Positions 26,972 through 39,405 of a DNA stretch of 64,000 bases are shown in pieces (within the stretch, counting starts at the first letter, position 1; each line of letters starts with the position of its first letter). Under the pieces are notes generated by a model. It saw only the letters and a list, made by a program, of their open reading frames with translations, searched no databases and was not told where the DNA came from. The stretch is taken from contig JAWMAR010000070.1 of the NCBI GenBank assembly GCA_036785375.1, forward strand, positions 3,844,001 through 3,908,000. The letters run 5' to 3'. The DNA is from Leucoraja ocellata (lineage: Eukaryota). Made by a program: the position numbers and the translations under genes.

Positions 26972-27292
26972 CTTTGCCATTGACCTCAATGACCATGGTG
27001 CAGGTCCCGTCAGGGTTGGAGGTGACCACATTGACAACTTCACTCAATATATTTCCTTGTGTATTTGAGGCTGCGCAGTAATATTGATGTAGTTGCGGTT
27101 TCAAGGACAGGCAATGCAGATCCAATGTATTGGTATCTGACACCTTTGAATCCTCAGAAGAGGTCCTCTCAAACCATGTGTATACAATGGGAAGAGATCC
27201 TTCGTGGGACTCACAGGACACTGATGCTGAACCCGCAAAACAGGAGACGTTGCCCGATGACTGGAATCCAAGTACAGGAACAGACACGGGTT
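26972..27292 (-). CDS. Receptor A exon 3: C2/I-type Ig domain
   Basis: 321 nt, phase 1-1, AG/GTAAGT; EPVSVPVLGF...SCES..GSLPIVYTWF...YYCAASN. Confidence 0.88.
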
Positions 27293-29263
27293 CTGTTGGA
27301 AAGAATTACACATTGAGTAGACATCTGAAAAACAATCCTTCTCCAAATTTGAAAACTTCTATATCTCAACCTGGACCCACCAGACTGGAACCTTACCAGC
27401 TTATCGACTGAAGAAGGGTCTCGACCCGAAAGGCCACCTATTCCTTTTTCTCCAGAGATGGTGTCTACCCGCTGAGTCACTACAGTTTTTAGTATCTTTC
27501 ATCTTATCTACCTCCCCGTGTCTCAGTATTGCCAAGATGCCTGAATTGGGCATTAGATACCATGTTATGGGAGATGTTGTCAAGTGGGTGAGGAGGGTGC
27601 GGAGATGAGTTACGATGAGGTTGGCAGGACTCTAGGGTCTGAGCAATAGAGAGATTTTAAGGGGTAGGGGAAAAGATTAATCGGAATTTTTGTAACTGGT
27701 AACTCTTTCAGATAAAGGGCGGTGGGTGTATGGGACGAGCTGCCAGACGAGGTAGTCGAAGCAGGGACTATCGCAATGCTTAAGAAACAATTAGACAGGT
27801 ACGTGGGTAGCAACAAAATGCTGGATTAACTCAACGGGACAGGCAGCATCTCTGGATAGAAGTAACGGGTGACGTTCCGGGTCGTGGTCCTTCTTCAGAC
27901 TGTGTCAGGGGAGAGGGAGGCACAGAGATAAGGAAGAGGAATGTGTGAAAACGAGACATCAAAGCAGAAGGGCTCAAGGAAATTGTAGAATAGATTATTG
28001 TTAGTAAGGAGAAGGTGGTAAAGAAGTATGCAGAAAACATTTAATTGGGGACAGTCGGACTCTCGGAGATAGAGGGAGAGAGAGAGAGACCGCGGGTGGC
28101 GATGGGGTGACTGACCCGTGAAGTGGGGACGGAGAGATTTAATAAGTTCATAGTTTCAAGGTGCAGAATTAGGCCATTCAGCCCATCATGTCAACCCCGC
28201 CATTCACAGTCATGGCTGATCTATTGTTCCCTCTTAACCCCATTCTCCTGCCTTCTCCACATAACCGCGTACACACTGGCCTGTTAACCTCCACCTTATA
28301 ATATTAATTGGTTTGTGCTCCACAGCGGTCTGTGGGCAATGAATTCCTCAGATAGGTCACCTTCTGACTAAATAAATCCCTTCTGATCTTCTCTCTGAAG
28401 TACGTCCATTTATTCTCAGGCTATGGCCTCTGGCCCGAGTCTCTCGCACTAGTGGAAACATCATCTCCACGTCCACTCTATCCAGGCCTTTCACTATACG
28501 GTAAGTATCAACTCAAGCGAGTAACGGCCCAGCGCTGTCAAACGCTCATCATTTGTTAACCCAACTTATTCCTGGGATCATTCTTGTAAACCTCCTCTGG
28601 CCCCACTCCAGACCTAACACACCCTTCCTCAGATATGGTGCCTGGAACTGGTCATAACACTCCAAATAGAAACATAGAAAAATAGGCGCAGGAGTAGGCC
28701 ATTCGGCCCTTCAAGCCTGCACCGCCATTCAATATGGTCATGGCTGATCATCCAACTCAGTATCCCGTACCTGCCTTCTCTCCATACCCCCTGATCCCTT
28801 TAGCCACAAGGGCCACATCTAATCCCCTCTTAAATATAGCCAATGAACTGGACTCAACTACTTTCTGTGGCAGAGAGTTCCAGAGATTCACCACTCTCTG
28901 TGTGAAAATGTCGTCTGACCAGCGCCTTATAGAGCCTCAGCATTACATCCATGTTTTTACATTCTATAAATAAATGCTAGCATTGCATTCGCTTTCCTTA
29001 CTACCGATTGGACTTGCAAATTAACAGTTCAGACGCAGGGAAATGTGTTGAGCGGCCCACTTGAAGTGGGTGGCCGCTCAGTGGGACAGAGCACGCACTG
29101 GGTGAGAGCAACATGAGTGGGGTTTCCCGACCCCCGCCCGCTCCCCGCAGGTCTCTGCACTGCTGCGGAGCCTCGGGATATCGGTGCTGCCCTGACCTTT
29201 CCCGGAGAAAACATGGATCAGGCATTTCAGTGGAGACGTCAAATCAATCGCTGAGAAACGTAC

Positions 29264-29569
29264 CGTCAGATACTTTGAGATGTACGTGAAACATTGCAGT
29301 AATTCCACATCTGTACCGTCCTGTATCTCCAATCTGAAGATCCTCCACAGTCAAAGTAAATATTCCTCGTGCCGGTATATCTGTGATTGACATTCTTCCA
29401 CTCCGTCCGCGTTGCCCATTCGTTTCCACCACTTCTGCACATTGGCGACTCTGCACACGGCACCAGTATTTTGTGTGTGAGCGGTACTCTGGTGCATAGT
29501 GACAATCGATTGTGATCGCTCTTCCCACAACTCCTCTTACATACGCCTTTCCCCACACTGCAGCTGAAA
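29264..29569 (-). CDS. Receptor A exon 2: V-type Ig domain, CD300/pIgR/TREM-like
   Basis: 306 nt, phase 1-1; ITIDCHY...KYWCRVQSRQC...DTGRYRCG with the family-diagnostic extra C-C' disulfide pair. Confidence 0.92.
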
Positions 29570-30649
29570 CTGAAGGAGGGAACTTTCAGAACTGAGAGGA
29601 ACTGAACTGTTTCATGAAAGTTGATACATTTTGAAGATTACATGAAAGAAAACTTAAATGGTTCCATGATGTGTCATTTTGCTTCACGGCCAATGTCTCC
29701 GGCCTGAAGTGCAGGCAGTGCTGTTATTGTACCAGTTGTGTCAGTGTTCTGTCCCCGGTAGTGAGGGAGCGCGGCAGTGCGGTACTGAGGGAGCGCGGCA
29801 GTGTTGCAGGAGCTGCTTTTCAACAGCCCAAGCGGTGTCCGGCCTCTCATCCGACAGAAATACCCCACTTTGCTATATCATTGGCGGAGCCACCGGCTGC
29901 GCCGCCAACATTCATCTCTCAACCGACACTGGGCCGGACCCGTGTTTAGATATTCACCGCCGCCATTGCCTTCAGAACGGCGAAGAGGAAACACTTTTTC
30001 ACACAGAGAGTTGTGAATCTGTGGAATTATATGCCTCAGAAGGTAGTGGAAGCCAATTATTTTGATGCTTACAATGGAGAATTAGATAGAGATGTTAGAT
30101 TGCGGAGTCGGGGGATATGGGGAGGCAGGAACCGGTTACTGATTGTGGATGATCAGCCATGATCACAGTGATTGGCGGGGCTGGCTCGAAGTGCGGAATG
30201 GCCTACTCCTGCACCTATTGCCTATTGTCTGTTCCTGGTGATGTCTGAACCTCTGTCCTTTGGTACAATTGTCTTGGAGTATATGCTCCAAATTTAGTCG
30301 CTATGTTATGCATATAAAGAATTCTTAGGGTTCAATTTGGCAATGTTGCAACAGTGCTTAAATTACTAACTTGGAGTCTGGAAATTCAGATGCGATCTCA
30401 GTTCCTACCATGATACATAGCGAGTTCGGATCCATTGTATTAAATATTTCTAAGACTGGGAAACGTATAGCAGCAATGGTGACCATGAAGCCAGGAAATT
30501 ATCACCCAACTCCATCTACCATTCCTGTCCAGACTTGTTTACAAGCGACTGCAGACCCCCCCCCCCACAACGAGCTTGGCTCTGAAGCGTCTTTCTGCAA
30601 TGGCCCAGAAAGGAAAAAAAAAAGAGAGATCAGTACAATAAATACTGGC

Positions 30650-30840
30650 TGTTTAAGAAGGAACTGCAGATGCTGGAAAATCGAAGGTACACAAAAATGC
30701 TGGAGAAACTCAGCGGGTGCAGCAGCATCTATTTGAGCGATGGAAATAGGCAACGTTTCGGCCCGAAACGTTGCCTATTTCCTTCGCTCATAGATGCTGC
30801 TGCACCCGCTGAGTTTCTCCAGCATTTTTGTGTACCTTCG
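30650..30840. mobile_element. Palindromic Penelope-derived insertion with target-site duplication
   Basis: Near-perfect inverted repeat centred on ...tttcggcccgaaa...; 12-bp direct repeat ataaatactggc at 30638-30649 and 30841-30852. Confidence 0.85.
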
Positions 30841-31224
30841 ATAAATACTGGCCTTGTGAGCCACACGCGTCCGGTGAAAATCAGTAACAAAACAATTAAA
30901 TCTATTTGAATTCTAGAGCAGAATCGTTGATGTGCCATGTGGGTGAAGCGTACATCTCTATACGGTCAGAGGCAAAGGGCGTGTGGGAAGTGACTCTAAA
31001 TTTTAAGAGTAAAGGCAGTCACGCCAGTCAGCTGTCGAGCAGAACCGTGGCATGAACTGAGGATCACAACGTGTTTTCCGATTTTATAGAACTGAAGCCA
31101 AAATGAACTTGAGAGAAAATATATCAGGGGCATTAGTTCCACAGAAGCCAATGTGAGCGGGAGAAATTGTATCTGCGACATTAATTCCACAATTTCTGCC
31201 TTTCTGAAAATAAGGCTAGCAAAG

Positions 31225-31860
31225 AACATAGAAACGAAGAAACATAGAAAATGGGTGCAGGAGTAGGCCATTCGCTCCTTCGAGCCTGCACCGCCATTCA
31301 ATATGATCATGGCTGATCATCCAACTCAGTGTCCTGTTCCTGACGTCTCTCCATATACTTTAGCCGCAAGGGCCACATCTAACTCCTTCTTAAATATAGC
31401 CAATGAACTGGCCTCAACTACCCTCTGTGGCAGAGAGTTCCAGAGATTCACCACTCTCTGTGTGGAAAATGTGTTTCTCAACTCGGTCCTAAAGGATTTC
31501 CCCTTTATCCTTAAACGGTGACCCCCTTGTCCTGGACTTCCACAACATCGGGAACAATCTTCCTGCATCTAGCCTGTCCAACCGCTAAAGAATTTTGTAA
31601 GTTTCTATAAGATCCCCCCTCAATCTTCTAAATACTAGCGAGTACAAGCCGAGTCTATCCAGTCTTTCTTTATATGAAAGTCCTGACATCCCAGGAATCA
31701 GACTGGCGAACCTTCTCTGTACTCCCTCTACGCCAAGAATGTCTTTCCTCAGATTTGGAGACCAAAACTGTACGCAATACTCCAGGTGTGGTCTCACCAA
31801 GACCCTGTACAAGCGCAGTAGAACCTTCCTGCTCCTATACTCAAATCCTTTTGCCATGTT
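31225..31860 (-). mobile_element. CR1 (HER1-like) LINE 3' fragment
   Basis: LYRVLVRPHLEYCVQFWSP...LRGDLIETYKIL and a (gtttctat)n tail; same family at about 28670-28910, 40135-40376 and 42260-42620. Confidence 0.9.
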
Positions 31861-32158
31861 GCTCTTTCACGAAATAAACTGGTTTTCATTGCCCGGCCGT
31901 TGTATGCCAAACTTCCTTTATATTACCAATCCACTATGGCGTATGAAAGATATGAAACAACAATGTATTCTGATTCAAAGGCATATTGGATAACATAAAA
32001 TTTTGATCAAATAAATGACACGCCGACACCACAATGCACTGGGTTCCATTGCCCCCATTACTTGCCTACACGCACGTAACCATCTCTGCCGTGGAAAGAG
32101 TACACGGAACCCCAACTAACATTGATTATTGGGATATTGAATTCTGGCTATCACTCAC

Positions 32159-32195
32159 CCGGCAGCGAGGAGATGAGAAGAATGGGAATCCACAT
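32159..32195 (-). CDS. Receptor A exon 1: signal peptide
   Basis: MWIPILLISSLP-G|gtgagt, 37 nt, phase 1. It joins the V exon to give MWIPILLISSLPVSAAVWG. An in-frame ATG also lies at 32207. Confidence 0.85.
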
Positions 32196-32294
32196 TGTTT
32201 TATCCATAGTGACAAGACCAGCACTTGTCTGTCTGTCGCTCAGCTCTGAGCTCTCAGATACAACCGCATCTCTCTAATATCAACGAGGAAGATA

Positions 32295-32380
32295 GGATCA
32301 GGAAGTCTGATCGTGAACCACAGCGAGCCAGCAGCAGCGCGACACGTTACAGTGTGAAAGGCTCAGGGTTATATTTAACA
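32295..32380 (-). promoter_or_regulatory. Putative core promoter of receptor A (paralog about 39490-39575)
   Basis: TATA-like TTAAATATAA at 32369-32378, conserved in both copies; ETS-like CAGGAAGT near 32300 in copy A only. Confidence 0.35.
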
Positions 32381-34289
32381 AATGGTTGGGTCAGATTGTC
32401 ACAGAGACATATAGCTCGGAGACAGGCACTTCTCCCCAACGTGTTAGACCAAGATGCTTATCTAGGTTAGTCAAAATTGCCCACGTTTGACCCATATCTC
32501 CCCAAACCCTTTCTATCTATGGGCCTGCCCAATTGTAATTCAGAGCTAATAAATTAGCAGAGTTGTGTTCATGAAAATATTATTTGCTGACTTTGTACAT
32601 CTGTTTGTGATGATTAATTTAATTAATGTTTGCATGATAATATAACATGTCATCTGCTGTGGGCTACCGTTCTTGGTGTTTTACTTTCAGGGGAACGGTG
32701 CAGTTTATTCGGGTTGTGCACATCAGTGGCAATGTTGTGGTATCGGTGTAACACAATGATGTGTCCGCCACTGATGTTAGTTGAGCGTTGGCGACCCTCA
32801 GTAAAGGGTCTTTTGGTTCGGAGCTATTTCCCGTTTCCTCCCCCAAAACGCTGCAGACAGGAATCGACGATGCAGCAAAACAATTTATTTTAATCCTCGT
32901 CCTGCTTTGACCCAAGATTTCTGCAAAACACTGCTCAGCAAACATCGAGCTGCTCGCAAGACACGGTTCAGAGATACGAATCTACACACCCTTGTATCAG
33001 CAGCGCGAGCAAAGTGTCAGCACTGCAGAACCATTCAGTGTAAATGAACAAATTAGTGTTTGAACATTTGTAATTAAAGTACATTCCAAGCCTGAACTGT
33101 CCTCTAAAAACAACGGTGCCTGTCCCGCTGAGTTGCTCCAGTATTTTGTGTCTATCTGTGGCATCTCAGACCGTTTACCTCTCACTATCAGTGAGGCACT
33201 TTGGGATGTCCTGCAGTGGGGAAAGGCTGTAATTCAAGTTAATTTCTCCCATTAGACCATTAACAAGCTCAATTTGAACGGGCCAGGCAGCATCAGTGTG
33301 ACCACAGAATCTGCAAGTATCTCTGGCTATTCAGCACCCCTCGGATATCCCTGACCTGGGGGTTTGTGAGTTCAAAGCAGCCTCTGGTCTCATTTCCTCG
33401 TCTCCCCGCTTACTGTGTGGAGAATATTTATCTGTGTCAGTTGGACATTTTACCCAAAGCAATCCTTGAGTCTATCCTAACTTTATGGTGGTTACTCCGT
33501 TATTGCAGGTCACCATTTCTTATTTCCAAACAACATCCTTCACAGTTCTTTCATGGGCGGGGTTACAGTCACAAGTCAGACTGAGGAAAGCAACACAATG
33601 TATTTGCAGTTTCACACCCCGCCCTTTGCAAGCTGCAACTCAACCATTTTGTTCTGCACAAGAATAGACTTTCAACTAGATTAGTTTAGTTCAGTTCAGT
33701 TTGAAGATACAGCGAGGAAACAGGCCCTTCGGCCCATCGAGTCCACACTGACCAGCAACCCCCGCACATTAACACTACCCCACACACACTGGGGACAATT
33801 TACATTTATAACAAGCCAATTAACCTGCATACCTGTACGTCTATGGAGTGTGGGAGGAAACGGAAGATATCGAAGAAAAACCCACGCGGTCACGGTAGAA
33901 CGTACAAACTCCGTACAGACAGCACCCGTAGTCGGGATCGAACCCGGGTCTCCGGTCCTGTGAGCGCTGTAAGGCAGCAACTCTACCGTTGCGCCACCCT
34001 GGCCATTATTTATAGTCCTTTAACTCCTTTGTACGGTGGACAAACTGAATAACTCGTTGCAGCATGAAACTATTTATCAATCTTACTGTACCCCAAAGAC
34101 GCGAAAGTGGGGTGATATAGAACCAGTGTGAAAGGGTTGATTGCTGGTTGACGTGGACTCGGTGGGCCAAATGGTCTGTATCCATGCTGTATCTCTCAAT
34201 CACTTAATCAAAAAATCAAACATGCTGGATTATCTCAACGGGACAGGCAACATCAAAGATCTTAGAGCAGAGCTTTGGGCAGCATCACT

Positions 34290-34790
34290 GGATGAAAGGA
34301 ATGGGTGACGTTTCGGTTCGAGACCCTTCTTCAGACTGAAGTCAGGGGAGAGGGAGATACTTGGATAAGGAATTGTGAGGTGTGGAAATGGGGCTAAGGG
34401 TATGCAGATCAAAGGAAACTGTAGGATGGATCATTGTTAGCTGGGAGAAGGCAACAGCAAAGCGATTAGAGATAAAATGTTGTCGGAGACTGTCAGACCA
34501 TCGGAGCACTGGGAAGGAAGGAGGGGTGGATTGAGACGGAAGGCAAGGGTTAGTTGTTGAAGTCAATGTTCACACCGCTGGGGCGTAAGCTGCCCAAACG
34601 AAATAGGAGGTGCTGTTCCTCCAAGTTGCACTGGGACTCCCTCTGACAATGGAGGATGCCCAGGACAGAAATGTCAGTGTGGGAATGGGGGGGCGGGGGG
34701 GGGGGGGAGTTAAAGTGTTTAGCGACCGGGATATCAGGTTGGTTTAGACGGACTGAGCGGAGGTGTTGAGCGAAACGATCTCCGAGAGGC
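34290..34790 (-). mobile_element. Penelope-like element 3' fragment (GIY-YIG end plus hammerhead-bearing repeat)
   Basis: LGDRFAQHLRSVRLNQPDIPVAKHFNS...EEQHLLFRLGSLRPSGVNIDF, followed by ctgaagaagggtctcgaaccgaaacgtc. Confidence 0.8.
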
Positions 34791-35537
34791 GACGACAATC
34801 ACAGGCTCGACAATAGTTTCGCTGAACACTGCAGCTCAGTCCTCCTAAACCTACCCGATCTATCCACAGATGCCGCCTGTCCCACTGAGTTACCCCAGCA
34901 ATTTATGTCTAACTTCAGTTTAAACCAGCATCTGCAGTTCCTTCCTACCTAAAAATGTCTTGCATTTAGGAAATTAAATCTGCAGATGTTGGATTTGCTT
35001 AGCGCGTCAGTCAGCATCTGTGGAGAGAAACATAAGGCTAATCGTCAAAACAATGTCGTTGCATAATTTTGTTCAGATAGGATAGCTTGGTGTGAAAGAT
35101 TAATTGGCTGCTTCTCCTAAACGCCTTTAACGTTTGGCAACAGGAGGATTATCCAGCAATCTGTTCTTCATCACTAAAGTTCCAGTCTAAACAAAATAAA
35201 ATTAGACAAACCATTTATCGACGAACAATTTATTATGAAGCATTCTGATACATTATCATTCATTAATCAGTGAAAAACATTTTTTTCCATGAAGATGAAT
35301 GCATAAAATATTGTTTAACAGAGTATAAGATGCTGGAGCAACGGAAAGCATGCAAAGGTTAAAACAATAGTTCGAAGCTGACGAAAGAAACCTTGGAAAA
35401 GGTGGCAACAATTAAGATCATTGCGGGAAATGAGTTTTGGAAACAAATATGGTTTGGAAAGTTTGGAACATTGCTTTGAAGTCACTTTCATGAAATCATT
35501 AGCTGAATTGCAAGATACGTATATTCTATCCAATTGA

Positions 35538-35935
35538 AACCTCTTATAGAAACTTACAAAATTCTTAAGGGGTTGGACAGGCTAGATGCAGGAAGATTGC
35601 TCCCGATGTTGGGGAAGTCCAGGACAAGGGGCCACAGCTTAAGGATAAGGGGGAAATCCCTTAAAACCGAGATGAGAAGAACTTTTTTCACACAGAGAGT
35701 GGCGAATCTCTGGAACTCTCTGCCACAGAGGGTAGTCGAGGCCAGTTCATTGGCTATATTTAAGAGGGAGTTAGATGTGGCCCTTGTGGCTAAGGGGATC
35801 AGAGGGTATGGAGGGAAGGCAGGTACGGGATACTGAGTTGGATGATCAGCCATGATCATATTGAATGGCAGTGCAGGCTCGAAGGGCTGAATGGCATACT
35901 CCTGCGCCTAAATTCTATGTTTCTATGTTTCTATG
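35538..35935 (+). mobile_element. CR1 LINE 3' fragment in the 3'UTR of copy B
   Basis: IETYKILKGLDRLDAGRL...FFTQRVANLWNSLP and a (tctatgtt)n tail. Confidence 0.9.
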
Positions 35936-36018
35936 ATATCAGTTAACAAAGCAGGATGATGAATAAATATTTCATCGCGGTGCAGAATTCCCTCACTGTT
36001 GGTGCAAGCTAGGTGTCT

Positions 36019-39000
36019 TCATTCGTGGGTCGAGTGGCGAGGTTCAGACTCATCGCGTCTCTGCAAAAGACAATGTGAAGTCATCAGACTCATTGACAGT
36101 GGTAACAACGCTTTATTAACCCGACCACTCCCAACACATTGCTGTCCGGAAGATGGACTCTAAAGAACCCACACCGGGCACACAAATCCACCCTGCACAC
36201 GTACAACCTGACAAAACCTCGTGATATCATCCACATAGAGGTTTGGTTTAACTTCAGGATATGAAAACGCGCACGGTTTTTATTTCTATCAATGGACAGG
36301 ACATTTGAAAGCGTTAATGGAAACCGTTTGGAAACATTCGGTGAAGAGAAGTGATTGCTTTGGTCAGAGGGTAGCGAATCTATGGATGTCATTACCACAG
36401 GAGGCTGTGGAGGCCAAGCCAATTCACACCTGAGTTGATGCCTGTTCCGCTGAGCTACTTCGGCATTTTTGTATCTGTCTAAATCAATTGGTATTTTTAA
36501 GGCGGAGATTTTCATATTCTTGATAAATGAGGATGTCAAGAGTCATCGGGAGATGGCAGGAGAATGGGATCGAGTGGGAAGCCGTGATTGGGGGCCGATT
36601 AGATATGATGGGCTGAATGGCCTAATTCTGCTTCTATAATTCATGAGCACGATGACAATGACGCCTACCTTCGAGCCTCTAGTGAGCACCGCGGTTGAGA
36701 TACTCCAGATCACAAGCAGGAGAAAGACCATCCAGCGCCCCACTTTCCATGAGATGTAATTGGGCAAAGGGCAAGAGATACAGAATCACTGGGAGAAAAC
36801 GAGACGGTTTATCTTCGAAACATTTATCTGTTATTTGCTTCATAATCTTGGTGAAGTGGAGCGGGGCGAAGCAGCAGAGTCAATGGAGATCAGTTTGGAG
36901 AAAGAACGGGGTTTGGACTTGGGGGGGGGGGGTAGTTATGATCACCAATTACTGACGTCATTGCTGGAGCATGGCTACAAGGGAATGAGAGATTACGCGG
37001 TTAAATGGATTCGGAGAAGAGAGAGAAATAAGTTATGAGATGGAGCAGTGAATACAGTGAATACAGAGTAGATGCTGGTGAAACAGCGGGATAGGCAACA
37101 TTTCTGGAGGGAAGGAATGCGTGGTTTTCGGATACAGACCCTTCTTCAGACTGGGAGTCACGGGGGAGAGAAACTGGGGATGTGGAAAGAAACAAAGAAC
37201 AGTGTAATATCCTGGAAGAAAGAAATGCAGCCGCAAGGAAGATTATAATAAAACGCATATCAGAATCAGAATCATACTTTATTCGCCAAGTATGTTCTGC
37301 AACATACGATAGGAACAATAAACCAGATCAATTCTAATGGTGCAAGGGAGATGGGGCAACAAATATGGAAACAGATGAGGCCAATGAATAAAACAAATTA
37401 AAAATGATAATGCTTAATCTCACATCCTCGATATTACTTGGATTAACGCGGCAGGTCTGTGGATATAGGAATCGTGTTCGAAAATTCGGTGAAAGGTTCG
37501 CTCCTAACGGCGTGGCTTTAGTTAACGTTCTTATTATATCCTAAGCCCCTCTCCCACCCACCCGCTCTGCACAGATCCATTCGCTCTCCTGCACGCACGG
37601 GGCAATTTACAACTGGCACATCTATGGGAGCTGGGAGGAAACTGGAGCACTTATATGAAATCAACACGATTAAAGGCAAAACATGCAGACCACACACAGA
37701 CAGCACCTAATGGACCAGGGTCGTGGCGTTGTGAGGCTGTGATTCTTATCGGCTGTGCCACTGTGCATTCAGATCAATACTCTCACGGCATTCAATGCCA
37801 GTGAAAGGAAGGCACACGTTTCCCCCAATTAAAGAATTCCCAATCAAAACACCAGCAATTTGTTCATTGTAACTTTCATTGGAAACAGAGCGGTTTACCT
37901 TGCAGAGTAATTGGATGTTATCAAATTTTCACAAGAACATTCATGACCTGGTGGAACAAGGAAATAAAAGTCAGTTTCACTGCTTTTCACTCCTCCCTGT
38001 GAACGCGTGGGTTTTCTCCATTCTAAATTCCAGAGTATACAAGCGCAGCCGCTCCATTCAATCAACATATGACAGTCCCCCGCCTTCTCCGGAATTGTCC
38101 TTGTGAACCTACGCTGCACTCCCATCAATAGCAAGAAGGTCCTTCCTCAAATTTGGAGTTCAAAGCTGCACACAATAATCTAGGTGTGGTCTCACTAGTG
38201 CCATGTGCAACTTCAGAAGGACCTCTTTGCTCCTGTACTCAACTCCTCTTATTATTAAGGTCAACATGCCACTAGCTGTCTTCACTGCCTGCTGTACCTG
38301 CATGCTTACTTTCAGTGAGTGATGAACAAGGACACCCCAGATCTCTTTGTACTTCCCCTTTTCCCAACCTGACACCATTCAGATAATAATCTGCCTTCCT
38401 GCTTTTGCTACTAAAGTGGCCAACCTCACATTTATCCACATTAAACTTCATCCACCATGCATCTAGCCACTCACTCAACCAATCACCCACTCACCACTCG
38501 CTCACTCACCACCCACCTCCAGGTCCCTTACCGGAGAGCGTTACGAGCGTGAAAACGCACACCACCAGATCCGGGGACAATTTCTTCACAGCTGTTATCA
38601 GGCATCTGAATCATCCTACCACATCCAGAGATCTGTCCTGAACTCCCATCTACCACTTTGTTGACCTTCGGACTACCCTTGATCGGACTTTGCTGGCCTT
38701 ACCTTACACTAAACGCTATTTCCCATTAATGTACCTATGCACTGTAAGGGGATCGACTGTAATCATGTATCTGGCAGGTTAGCACGCAACAAAAAGCTTT
38801 TCTCTGTAACTCTGTACACGTGACAATAAACTGAATTTGAATTTCAGCACGATTGGGCCGCGGATCCGAGAGCGGATGGAGAGAGAGTTGGGAGTGGGTG
38901 GATAGAGCGAGGACAGTGGTTCAGTCTCAGACTCCGGGGAATTGTTGGGTTTACGACAGAGTTGAGTGGGACAAATGCAGGGAGTATTTGAACTGACACA

Positions 39001-39405
39001 ATGAGACCACAATCCTGACTTCCACCTCAGTTGTAAACACATGTTGTTAGCGTAGAGTTAACTTCCTGGTGATGTTAGAACCTCTGTTCTTCTGTCCAGG
39101 TGTCTTGGAGTATCTGCTCCAAATTAATTTGGTATGTTATGCCTATAAACCTCCATCATGATGCAATTAGACCAAGTGTTAACAGTGGTTAAACTCCGAA
39201 CATTGTCTAGATATTCAAATGTGATTTCAGATCCATCACCACAATGCACTGAGTTCCATCTCGCTCATTACATGTCTACACACACTTAACCATCTCTGCT
39301 GTAGAAAGGGTGCACGGGACCCCAACTAACATTGATCATTGGAATATCAGGATCTGGCTTTCACTCACCCGGCAGCGAGGCGATGAGAAGAATGGGAATC
39401 CACAT
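36019..39405 (-). pseudogene. Receptor B: pseudogenised activating-type paralog (leader 39369-39405, stalk-1 37899-37947, stalk-2 37438-37503, TM 36669-36759, tail 36019-36060)
   Basis: Leader MWIPILLIASLP, but no Ig exon before the stalk; TAA at 37443-37445 where A has CAA; TM acceptor is AA instead of AG; TM YISWKVGRWMVFLLLVIWSISTAVL; tail RRDESEPRHSTHE*. Confidence 0.75.
37990..38490 (-). mobile_element. CR1 LINE fragment lying where the Ig exons of copy B would be
   Basis: WWMKFNVDKCEV, LHMALVRPHLDYCVQL. Confidence 0.85.

Noticed and set aside
29030-29880. Receptor A V exon as a strict chimera of the 63.0 and 61.6 kb V exons
   Set aside because: The 63.0 kb cassette keeps remnants of the same downstream intron, interrupted by CR1, so simple paralogy explains it
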